Source: Caldilineales bacterium
GTDB lineage: Bacteria > Chloroflexota > Anaerolineae > J102
Direction: 5' to 3'
Length of the DNA stretch: 64,000 nt
Assembly (NCBI GenBank): GCA_037443945.1
Contig: JBBINH010000011.1
Location: forward strand, 9,629-73,628
Each line of letters starts with the position of its first letter. Positions within the stretch are counted from its first letter, which is position 1. The notes under the pieces were generated by a model. The model made no database searches and was not told where the DNA came from. It worked only from the letters and a program-made list of their open reading frames with translations. A program made the position numbers and the translations under genes. Below, in pieces: positions 51,030-61,172 of this stretch.

Positions 51030-51271
51030 AGTGCCATCCTGAATCAAGGCATGGAAAAAGGCGCCACCTCAGACTGGGAGGCCTGATATGGCGCCCTCGC
51101 CGGGATAGAACCGATTTGGGAAACGACTCCACCTTACGGCGAAAGCGAAGGCCATACGGTAAGATGGATACCCATTCTCGGCACATCGTGTCATTTTTAC
51201 AATAACCGCAATGACGGATAGGCCTGGCCACCTGTCGGTCTCCTGCGCGCAGAGCCTGCGCGGCGAGGCCA

Positions 51272-52438
51272 TCACGACAGCCGGCGTTGATACTCGGTCC
51301 ACAGGCGGTTGAACCGGTCGGCCGGATCGCGGCGATAGGCCTCGCCGTCCACTTCCAGGATGGGAAAAGCGACTGCAACGGACATCGACAAGGCCTCGAC
51401 CAGCTTTTTCTCCCGCCAGGTGTTCTGCTGCCAGCGCAAGAGCCCGGTATGGCGGCGCCAATGCGCCTGGTCGTAAGGCGGTTGTTCCCACAACGCCGGC
51501 GGAATATCGGCCCAACGCCACAGCCACAGCTCCGGACAGCGGCGCTGACGGGCCAGGGCCAGGACCTCGGCCAGGTGGACGGCCGCTTCTTCCTCGGCGG
51601 CATAGTACACACCCTCGCTGGCCATACCGGCGCCACCGGTTGGATCGGTCGGCAGACCGGCCAGATGCAGAGCCACGGGCCGACCGGCCAGGGTCACGGT
51701 CAGATCGAGCAGAAAGGCAATCCAGCCGGTGTGCAAGGGCAGGCGACGGCGATCGCTGGCGAAGGTGGCGACGCTGAGAGCGGGCTGAGCACCGGCTGCC
51801 AGCACCTCGTCAGGCCAGAGGGTCGGCCGTCCCTCCAGCGCATCGGCCGCCAGCAACACGCTCGCATCCAGACCCGGCGCCGCTTCGTGCAGGGCCGCCA
51901 CCGTGCTCTGCAACCAGGTCATCGCCGTCTCGGTAGGAAGGGCTGCGGTCAGGCGTCCAAAACCGGGTAAGGGTTCCCAGCCCAGAAGGGCCGGATGGTC
52001 GCGATACCAAGTCACCAACTCGCGCACCAGGACCAGGCGGGCCTGGAGCATCCGTTCATCGGTGCAGGGATGCCGGACCCGTCCCCAGCGCACCCACTTG
52101 CCGTCCACGATTAGGGGCCAACTCGGCGGCAACGGCGCCGGGAAGACGCCCCAGGCAGGCCACCAGAGGGCGCCATCCCACATGCCGGTCCACAGGCCGG
52201 CGCGTACGCGCAAGCCGTGCTGATGGGCCAGGTCGAGAAACCGGCCGAAAGCATCCAGGGTGGCCGGGCGGATGCGTTCGGGTTGGGGTTGAAAATCGGC
52301 CCAAAACAGGGGAACCCGCACCGCTTGGAAGCCAAGCGCGGCGATGTGGGCCAGGTCGTCGCCGATGGCGGCGGCATCAAAGGCCTGCCAGAAAGCCGGG
52401 CCCCGATGCGAAGGGAGATAACCGATACCGAGAAGCAT
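51272..52438 (-). CDS. GH5/GH-A-like TIM-barrel protein, catalytic residues apparently degenerate
   Basis: FW..FD, LGFQAVRVPLFWADFQP and W.WAD; canonical NEP and EFG motifs not seen. Confidence 0.7.
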   Translation of the reverse strand: MLLGIGYLPSHRGPAFWQAFDAAAIGDDLAHIAALGFQAVRVPLFWADFQPQPERIRPATLDAFGRFLDLAHQHGLRVRAGLWTGMWDGALWWPAWGVFPAPLPPSWPLIVDGKWVRWGRVRHPCTDERMLQARLVLVRELVTWYRDHPALLGWEPLPGFGRLTAALPTETAMTWLQSTVAALHEAAPGLDASVLLAADALEGRPTLWPDEVLAAGAQPALSVATFASDRRRLPLHTGWIAFLLDLTVTLAGRPVALHLAGLPTDPTGGAGMASEGVYYAAEEEAAVHLAEVLALARQRRCPELWLWRWADIPPALWEQPPYDQAHWRRHTGLLRWQQNTWREKKLVEALSMSVAVAFPILEVDGEAYRRDPADRFNRLWTEYQRRLS

Positions 52439-52470
52439 GGCGCAGCGAATGCCGGAACGCGCAACCGGGA

Positions 52471-53736
52471 TCACAAAAACCGTTGGCGATGGATTTCCCA
52501 ACCACGGCGGACCCGCGCTTCGGGTTCGTCGGCGTCCAGACGCAGGCCGAAGATGCGACCCCGCCGTCGCAACTCCTGCCGGACGGCGGATACATCCACC
52601 CCCTGACCGGCGGCCTGCAGCACGGCAACGGCCAACTCGTCCAACGCGGCCAGCGCCTGGGGGGTGTCCAGGTCGTTGGCCATGGCCTCATCAAAACGTC
52701 GGATGGCCTCCTGCCAGCGTTGGCGCAGCGCGGATGTCGGCTCTGCCGTCCCTCCGGTGGCGGTCACGGCGGCCTTGAGGCGATGGGCCGCCATCTGCGC
52801 CAGGGCCAGCTCGCCCTCGTCGTGGGTCCAGGAGCGCCGATAGTGATGCCCGGCCAGATAAAGACGAACGGCGTCGGCCGACCAGGTCTGCAACAAGTCG
52901 CGTACCATAATCAGGTTGCCCAGCGACTTGCTCATCTTGGCCCCGGCATGATAGACCATGGCCACGTGCAGCCAAAAGCGTACAAAAGACCGCCCCGTGA
53001 GCGGTTCGATCTGGGCGATTTCGCAGGCATGATGGGGGAACAGCAGATCGCCACCGCCACCGTGGATGTCGATGGTCTCGCCCAGGAAGCGCCGGGCCAT
53101 CGTCGAGCATTCGATATGCCAGCCCGGCCGCCCCGGCCCCCACGGCGATGGCCAGGAGGGTTCGCCGGGCTTATGCGCCTGCCAGAGGACGAAATCGAGA
53201 GGATCCTCCTTGTGGGGATCATCGGGGATGTTGCCGCGCTCGTTGGCCACGGCCAACATCTCGGCGGGAGAGAGACGACTGATGCGCCCGAAGTCGGGAT
53301 TCGCAGCCACGCGATAATAGACACTACCGCCGGACGCATAGGCCACACCGGCGTCTAACAGGCGCTGCACGAAGGCAATGATGTCGGGGATAACATCGGT
53401 AGCGCGCGGATAATGGTCGGGGGGTCGCACATTGAGGGCGATCATGTCGTCGATAAAATGCCGTGTCCACCGATTCCCCAGACTCCACCAATCCTCGTCC
53501 ACCTCGCGGCTTTTGCGCAGGATATCATCATCGATGTCGGTGACGTTTTGCACATACCGCACCGCCTGACCCTGGGCCTCCAGATAGCGGATGAGGACAT
53601 CGAACACCGTGTAGGTAAAGGCATGGCCCAAGTGGGTGGTGTCGTAAGGGGTGATCCCGCACACGTAGACGGTGACGGCCGGCCCGATGGGATGAAAGGC
53701 TTCGAGGCTGTCGGTCAGGCTATTGTAGAGTCGCAT
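52471..53736 (-). CDS. MshC-like cysteine ligase (CysRS paralog without anticodon-binding domain)
   Basis: [13 protein letters not shown] (MshC-type rather than CGPTVY), ERGNIP, GWHIEC, FPHH, KMSKS; 421 aa. Confidence 0.8.
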   Translation of the reverse strand: MRLYNSLTDSLEAFHPIGPAVTVYVCGITPYDTTHLGHAFTYTVFDVLIRYLEAQGQAVRYVQNVTDIDDDILRKSREVDEDWWSLGNRWTRHFIDDMIALNVRPPDHYPRATDVIPDIIAFVQRLLDAGVAYASGGSVYYRVAANPDFGRISRLSPAEMLAVANERGNIPDDPHKEDPLDFVLWQAHKPGEPSWPSPWGPGRPGWHIECSTMARRFLGETIDIHGGGGDLLFPHHACEIAQIEPLTGRSFVRFWLHVAMVYHAGAKMSKSLGNLIMVRDLLQTWSADAVRLYLAGHHYRRSWTHDEGELALAQMAAHRLKAAVTATGGTAEPTSALRQRWQEAIRRFDEAMANDLDTPQALAALDELAVAVLQAAGQGVDVSAVRQELRRRGRIFGLRLDADEPEARVRRGWEIHRQRFL

Positions 53737-53985
53737 AGGGGTTAACCAGACACAGAGGATAACCCCATGATACTCCTGTCATCGGGCTATCGGCAAGGCC
53801 CCGTCCGGGCGTGCGAGGGTTCCGGCCCGGAGCCTGCGCCGCGGCCGATGAGGATGGTGAACAAGTCCACGCCAGGGCGCGCAAGGACCTTCGAGGCATC
53901 TCACCACCGGTCAACGCCGTGCGCGGTGCGACCTGTGCGGGCATCCGACGCCGGTACCGACCGGGAGCGCCATGGTTTGCTTCCC

Positions 53986-54019
53986 AAAAAGAACGCCCCG
54001 GGATCAACCGGGGCATTCT
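53986..54019 (-). terminator. Rho-independent terminator of the phasin gene
   Basis: Minus strand AGAATGCCCCGG-TTGATC-CCGGGGCGTTCT-TTTT. Confidence 0.8.
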
Positions 54020-54040
54020 CGCGCATGGGAAGGGGGAGCA

Positions 54041-54454
54041 TCAGGCAACGCTCTTGGGCTCGGCACCGAGCTTCTTGTCCAATTCCGAGACCTTGCGCGA
54101 AAGCGCGGCGATCTTCTTGCCCAGCTCCTCGATATCGCTCTTGCTGGGGATATTCATCATCGCCAGGACGGCTTCGATGCGCTGATCGAGCATCTTCTCG
54201 AACCGCTCTTCATACTCGGTGACCGGTTTGCGACCGCGGCGAAGCCATTCCTGCAGCAGCTTGCGGCCATCCTGCTCGGCCACTTCGCCTTTCTCCTGCA
54301 GCCGCTTGATCATGGCTTCAATTTCCTCACGACCCAGCGCCATAGCGCCGAGACCAAGGCGCAGACCCGTATGGGCTGTTTTGACGACGACATTGTCCTG
54401 GGCAAAGCGTTCAACGCCCTTGACGGCGTCGGTGACTTGGGTTTTCACGTCCAT
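54041..54454 (-). CDS. Phasin-like PHA-granule-associated protein (PhaF/PhaI type)
   Basis: LGLGAMAL..EE, L.EKGE and NIPSKSDIEEL..KI..L; AGGAG RBS. Confidence 0.8.
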   Translation of the reverse strand: MDVKTQVTDAVKGVERFAQDNVVVKTAHTGLRLGLGAMALGREEIEAMIKRLQEKGEVAEQDGRKLLQEWLRRGRKPVTEYEERFEKMLDQRIEAVLAMMNIPSKSDIEELGKKIAALSRKVSELDKKLGAEPKSVA

Positions 54455-54532
54455 GGTTGATTAACTCCTGATCAAAAGGGTGGTCATTTCGTCTTGCGTG
54501 GTCAAGAGCCGATCAAAATCGGCGGCAATGTC

Positions 54533-54585
54533 ATGACGCAACGCGTTATCATCTCCATTATGACGCATCGCGTCATGAATGTCAA
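54533..54585 (-). promoter_or_regulatory. Phasin promoter with two palindromic operators
   Basis: TTGACA(54585-54580)-17 bp-CATAAT; ATGACGC-AAC-GCGTTAT at 54533-54549 and ATGACGC-ATC-GCGTCAT at 54560-54576. Confidence 0.8.
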
Positions 54586-54644
54586 GCCCTCTGACATAAG
54601 AATCTCATTAGCGTTTTCGCCCTCGGGGCGCCCCGTCTCCCCGC

Positions 54645-55742
54645 TCAGGCCCAGGGCATGGGCGGCGGCGGCACAAAAGTGGACCTGATGGCCACAGGCG
54701 CTGCCGTCAGCAGGGCCTGCTGGAGGGCTTCGAGCACGGCAATGACATGCAAACTGTGCTCGATCCTCGCATGGGGAGAACGGCCGTCGATCACGGCCGC
54801 AACCAGATCGGCCACGCCTCGGCTCCAATCGACTCCGGGAAACGGCCGACGCACCCACGGCACCGGTTGCAGTTTGCCGTCATGCGGCCCCCACAGCACC
54901 GCCGCGTCGAAGCGATAAGCGCTGCCCAGATGCAAGGAGGCCTCATCCCCGTGGAACTCGATGGCCTGCCCCTGCTTCGAGGCCGCCGTGTAGAAGTTCA
55001 CCGAAAGCCGCATCACCGCCCCCTGAGCGAACCGCACCAGGGCCACGATCCAATCAGGTCCTTCCAATCGAAACGAGACCCCCTTACGGTCCTGCCGTGC
55101 GGCCAATAGCTGCCCACCCCAGGCCCGTACTTCCTGCACCGGCCCCAAAAAGGCCGTCACGACCGTCAACGGATAAATGGCCATATCCCAAAGCGGCCCG
55201 ATCCGGTAAACGGCCTGGGGTCGGGGATGCCAGGTTTCGATGCGACCGTGATTGCTCTCGGCGTAGACCAAACGAACCAGGCCCAAACGACCCTCGCGCA
55301 GATAGCGGCCTGCCGTCTGCTGGGCTTCGCCCATGTAGGTGATGGGCGCTGCCACCAGATGAACCCCCCGCCGGGCGGCCAGCGCAGCCAGTTCCGAGGC
55401 GGTCGCTACCGACAGGGCCAGCGGTTTTTCACTGAAGACATGTTTGCCCGCCTCCAGACACCGCCGGTTGACCTCGGCGTGGGCCTCCGGTGGGGTCAGG
55501 TTGACGACCACCTGCACGGCCGGATCGGCCAACAGGGCCTCCAGCTCGGGATAAGCCTGACCGCCGTAACGCCGGGCATAGTCCTGGGCGTGCGCGAAGA
55601 CGACATCGGTAAAGCCGACCAGTCTCATCTGCGGCTGTTTGGCTATCGCCGCGCTGTAGGCGGCGGCAATGTGACCACAACCGACAATGCCGATCCCTAA
55701 ACGGGAACGTAAGGGTCGGATCCGATGCCACAGCCGCTTCAT
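54645..55742 (-). CDS. Gfo/Idh/MocA-family oxidoreductase
   Basis: GCGHIA, FSEKP and GPLWDMAIY; ATGA overlap with the MaoC gene. Confidence 0.85.
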   Translation of the reverse strand: MKRLWHRIRPLRSRLGIGIVGCGHIAAAYSAAIAKQPQMRLVGFTDVVFAHAQDYARRYGGQAYPELEALLADPAVQVVVNLTPPEAHAEVNRRCLEAGKHVFSEKPLALSVATASELAALAARRGVHLVAAPITYMGEAQQTAGRYLREGRLGLVRLVYAESNHGRIETWHPRPQAVYRIGPLWDMAIYPLTVVTAFLGPVQEVRAWGGQLLAARQDRKGVSFRLEGPDWIVALVRFAQGAVMRLSVNFYTAASKQGQAIEFHGDEASLHLGSAYRFDAAVLWGPHDGKLQPVPWVRRPFPGVDWSRGVADLVAAVIDGRSPHARIEHSLHVIAVLEALQQALLTAAPVAIRSTFVPPPPMPWA

Positions 55743-56173
55743 GACGCGGTTGTCTCGGCCGGGAAGGCCGCTACGAATTCGCCCTTGAGCTTGCGATGAC
55801 CGCTCTGATCGACGGCCTCGACCTCGCAGCGGACGCGCTTTTCGCCTTCGGCCTCGAACTTCTCGACCACCCGGCCCGTCACCGTGATGACATCGCCGGG
55901 CCGACTGATGCCGGTAAAGCGCACACCAAAGCGCCGCACCTGTTCCGGCCGTACCCAATTCGTGATCATTTGGGCCACAAAGCCCATAATCAGCATACCG
56001 TGGGCAATAACGCCGTTATGCCCTGCGGCCACACCGGCCTGATGGACGGTATGAATGGGGTTGAAATCGCCGGAGGCGCCGCTATAGCGCACGAGCTGTT
56101 CGGCGGTAATGGCCGGTTTGGTCAGGGCAGGCAGCGGATCGCCGACCCGGATGTGCTCGTAAACAAGGGCCAT
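55739..56173 (-). CDS. MaoC-family (R)-specific hydratase/dehydratase, catalytic subunit
   Basis: SGDFNPIH (D-x4-H) and IAHGML. Confidence 0.9.
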   Translation of the reverse strand: MALVYEHIRVGDPLPALTKPAITAEQLVRYSGASGDFNPIHTVHQAGVAAGHNGVIAHGMLIMGFVAQMITNWVRPEQVRRFGVRFTGISRPGDVITVTGRVVEKFEAEGEKRVRCEVEAVDQSGHRKLKGEFVAAFPAETTAS

Positions 56174-56175
56174 GC

Positions 56176-56637
56176 CTACCACCTCACGACCATGGTTGTG
56201 CGGGCGATGACGACCGGTTCGCCATGTTGATTGCGATAGGTGGCCTGGGTTTTGACCAGGTCCATGGGGCCGGAACTGCCCTCCTTGCGCTCGATGCTGA
56301 CGATTTCGAGTTCGCCGGTGATCTCATCGCCGGGATGAAGCAACCGAAAGTACTCGTATTCCTCCTCACCGTGGAGGATGCGCAGGACATCGGCACCCAT
56401 CTGCTGCAACAGACTGCGCGTTTCGGCGCCGACGGCGCTACCGCCCCAAAAGCGGAACAGGGTAGGAAAGGTCAGGGGCGCCACCATGTCGGGATAGCCG
56501 GCCGCCTGGGCGGCAGCCCGGTCGTGAAAAAGGGGATTGTCATCCCCAATGGCCAAGGCCAGCTCACGGATTTTGCCGGCCTCCACCCGATAGCGGATGG
56601 GAGGTAGTTTTTTGCCCACGTAGTTGTGGTCGAGCAT
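56176..56637 (-). CDS. MaoC N-terminal/HadA-like hot-dog partner subunit
   Basis: IRELALAIGDDNP, APLTF and LHGEEEYEY. Confidence 0.88.
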   Translation of the reverse strand: MLDHNYVGKKLPPIRYRVEAGKIRELALAIGDDNPLFHDRAAAQAAGYPDMVAPLTFPTLFRFWGGSAVGAETRSLLQQMGADVLRILHGEEEYEYFRLLHPGDEITGELEIVSIERKEGSSGPMDLVKTQATYRNQHGEPVVIARTTMVVRW

Positions 56638-56695
56638 ATCCACTCCGGAGGACAAAGCGAGATCGAAAAAACAACCGGGACGACGAATGGGACTG

Positions 56696-58396
<1,701 letters not shown>

Positions 58397-58426
58397 TTTG
58401 TGGCAATCCCGGTGATGGCTAACGGT

Positions 58427-59878
58427 CTAGGAGGTCTTACGCGCGGCCCGATCGCGCACGATTTTGACAAAGGAACGACTGCGCAGCTCGTCCAGGGTGA
58501 TGCCGGTGGCCGTGACCTCGGCCTCGGTGAGGGCGCCACAGGCCAGGCCGCGCAAGAAAAAGTTGAGCAATCCCTGGCCGGTGGCCGCATCATCAAAGGT
58601 ATTGCCGACCAGGGTGGCCTGGGCTGCACGCTCGATAAAGGCATTGAGTCGCTTCGAGGCATCGTCCAAGCTCTCCAGGAAGAAGTGGTAAACGGCGGCA
58701 TAGCGCACGGGCAATTGCGCCGGGTTGAGGTCCCAGCCCTGGTAGTAGCCGTGGCGCAGCGAGTGAGTGATGTTGTCGTAGTGCAGCTTCCAGCCACGGT
58801 GGACCGTCTCCAGGTTCTCGGCCACCTGCTGGGCCGTAAGCGGTTTTTCAGGCGTGGCCTTATGAGGCGCAATGGGCATGATGGTGGTGGCCCCATCGCT
58901 GAGGGTGATGCCACGACCGGCCAGACTCACCTGCAGCACATGACGGGCAAAATCGGCGGCGGGATGGGTGTGGGTCTGAAAATGGGCGGTGATGTTGCAC
59001 AAGGCGGTGTAATCGTAGGTGCCATAGGCGCAGGACCGGACCCGCCCGCGACCGGCCTCGACCAGCAAATTGACCGTGTTCTCGCCACGATGATTGATAA
59101 TGGCCTGAGGGGTCTCGATCATCAGGTCAACACCGATAGCCCCCGACGGGATGCCCAGGCGGGCTTCTAAAAGTTCCAGCAAATCCACCAGAGCCGTCAC
59201 CTGCTCCGGCATTTGCACCTTGGGCAGGGTGACGACGAAGTTGGTCGACACGCGGCCCCCGGTTTTGCCGGCCAGGGTGGTGAGGACGAGATCGAGGGTG
59301 CGGACGCTGCGCTCGTAGCATTCGTCGGAGAAGGACTTGACACGAAACCCGATAAAGGGCGGCAGAGCGTCCTTTTCCATGCCCAGAGCCAGTTGCGCAC
59401 CGACCTTGAGGGCGTCGGCATCCTCTTCGGCATCGGGCCGGTTGCCGTACCCATCCTCGAAGTCGATGCGCAAATCCTCGACCGGTTCGCGACGGAGCTT
59501 CTCCCGCACACGGGTGTAGATGGTGTAGGCCATCCAGGCCGGCTCGTTGGCGCGTTTGACGGCTTCGGGATCGTGGGCCAGCGCCTCTTCCAGCTTTTTG
59601 ATCTCGGCTTCCGTGTGGGGCAGGAGCTCATGCCCGCTCATCTTGAGGATGCGGGCGAAAATGACGAAATTGGGCGCATACTCCTCCAGGCTGCGCAGCG
59701 CCAATTGCCCCATCTTGGCCGCTATATCGGCCTTGAACAGATGGGCGCCGCCGTACAGGGTATGCACCGGCTGACGATCCAGGGGATCACCGGGATAGAG
59801 GCGGCGAAAGGCGGCGTTGGCCGCGGCCAGGCGCCGGCTGATGGGGTCGAGAAGCTCGGAGTTCAGGGTAGTAGGCAT
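58427..59878 (-). CDS. Uncharacterised CitE/malate-synthase-fold enzyme (DUF6986-like aldolase/lyase)
   Basis: RQPVHTLYGG, DLRIDFEDGYG, LPKV, MIETP, GTYDY, SDGAT and QGWDL.P.QL. Confidence 0.75.
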   Translation of the reverse strand: MPTTLNSELLDPISRRLAAANAAFRRLYPGDPLDRQPVHTLYGGAHLFKADIAAKMGQLALRSLEEYAPNFVIFARILKMSGHELLPHTEAEIKKLEEALAHDPEAVKRANEPAWMAYTIYTRVREKLRREPVEDLRIDFEDGYGNRPDAEEDADALKVGAQLALGMEKDALPPFIGFRVKSFSDECYERSVRTLDLVLTTLAGKTGGRVSTNFVVTLPKVQMPEQVTALVDLLELLEARLGIPSGAIGVDLMIETPQAIINHRGENTVNLLVEAGRGRVRSCAYGTYDYTALCNITAHFQTHTHPAADFARHVLQVSLAGRGITLSDGATTIMPIAPHKATPEKPLTAQQVAENLETVHRGWKLHYDNITHSLRHGYYQGWDLNPAQLPVRYAAVYHFFLESLDDASKRLNAFIERAAQATLVGNTFDDAATGQGLLNFFLRGLACGALTEAEVTATGITLDELRSRSFVKIVRDRAARKTS

Positions 59879-59921
59879 GGCTCAACAGGAGCAAGACGAG
59901 GTGCGGAGGAAGCACCAAGGG

Positions 59922-61088
59922 CTATTTTTCCAACAGACGGCGGGCGATGACACTGGCCTGGATCTCGCTGGTACCCTCGAAGATGCGGAAAATGCGGCCG
60001 TCACGCCAGTAGCGCGAGACAGGATACTCCAGGGCGTAACCATAACCACCGTGAATCTGCATGGCCTCGCTGGTCACGTATTCCACCATGTCGGCGCAGA
60101 AGAGCTTGGCCATCCCGGCCTCCAGATCGCAGCGCTTGCCCTGGTCCTTCATACGGGCGGCATAATAGGTCAGTTGGCGGCCGGCCTCGACTTTGGTGGC
60201 CATATAGGCCAGTTTGTGCTGGATGGCCTGAAATTCGCTGATGGGTTTGCCGAACTGATAGCGTTCGCGGGCGTAGCGGATGGCTGCCTCCAGAGCGGCC
60301 TGAGCCACGCCGACGGCGCGGGCCGCCGTCTGGATGCGGGCCACCTCATACACGGCCATCAACTGGTAGAAGCCCTGGCCTTCCTGACCGCCGATGAGGT
60401 TTGCGGCCGGAACCTCGAAATCATTGAAGCTGAGGGAAAACGACTTCATGCCGTGATAGCCGATGGTGGGAATGCGCTCGCCCAACAAATGGGGCGGCAT
60501 AAAGCCGTCGCCGGGTTCTTTTTCGACCATGAACATGCTCAGCCCTTTGTGTCGCTTGCTCATGTCCGGATCGGTGCGGGCCAAGACCGTCATGAGATGG
60601 GCGCGGTTGGCAAAGGTGATCCAGGTCTTCTGGCCGTTGAGCACGTAGGTGTGATCGTCCTTTTTGACGGCCCGGAGCTGCATCCCGGCCGTATCCGACC
60701 CGGCATTTGGTTCGGTAAAGGCCGCGGCGGGTAGGAGCTCGCCCGCGGCAATACCCGGCAGCCAGCGCTGCTTTTGCGCTTCGGTACCACCGGTAAGCAA
60801 CAAGCCTCCGGCGATGAGGGTGCGGGTCATGACCGAACCCACCGAGAGCCAAACCCGGCTCAATTCCTCGGTGACGATGACCACCGAGAGATTGTCCATC
60901 CCCAGGCCGCCGTATTGTTCGGGAATGGCCATGGCAAAATAGCCCAACTCGGCCATCTGGCGGATGATCTCCATGGGGATTTCGGCTTCCCGGTTGTACA
61001 GCTCCTGAGCCATCGGCGCCACAACTTTCTCGGCAAAACGACGCGTTTCCCGGCGTAGGGTTTCGTATTCGGGGGGCAAAATGCTCAC
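59922..61088 (-). CDS. Acyl-CoA dehydrogenase, methylsuccinyl-CoA dehydrogenase-like
   Basis: FTEPNAGSD, IGYHGMK, ARIQTAARAVGVA, RCDLEAGMAK and IFEG; GTG start with GGGAG RBS. Confidence 0.85.
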   Translation of the reverse strand: MSILPPEYETLRRETRRFAEKVVAPMAQELYNREAEIPMEIIRQMAELGYFAMAIPEQYGGLGMDNLSVVIVTEELSRVWLSVGSVMTRTLIAGGLLLTGGTEAQKQRWLPGIAAGELLPAAAFTEPNAGSDTAGMQLRAVKKDDHTYVLNGQKTWITFANRAHLMTVLARTDPDMSKRHKGLSMFMVEKEPGDGFMPPHLLGERIPTIGYHGMKSFSLSFNDFEVPAANLIGGQEGQGFYQLMAVYEVARIQTAARAVGVAQAALEAAIRYARERYQFGKPISEFQAIQHKLAYMATKVEAGRQLTYYAARMKDQGKRCDLEAGMAKLFCADMVEYVTSEAMQIHGGYGYALEYPVSRYWRDGRIFRIFEGTSEIQASVIARRLLEK

Positions 61089-61172
61089 GGCTGGCTAAAC
61101 TCCCTGATTGATACCGGATGAACGGGAACGAGAATACCGCCACGGCGCCTTTGCGAGGCGCCGCTCAAGCTT

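Noticed and set aside
53737-53985. Possible T-box leader upstream of the CysRS-like gene
   Set aside because: No convincing GGTGGNACC T-box or terminator/antiterminator found; the gene is MshC-like anyway
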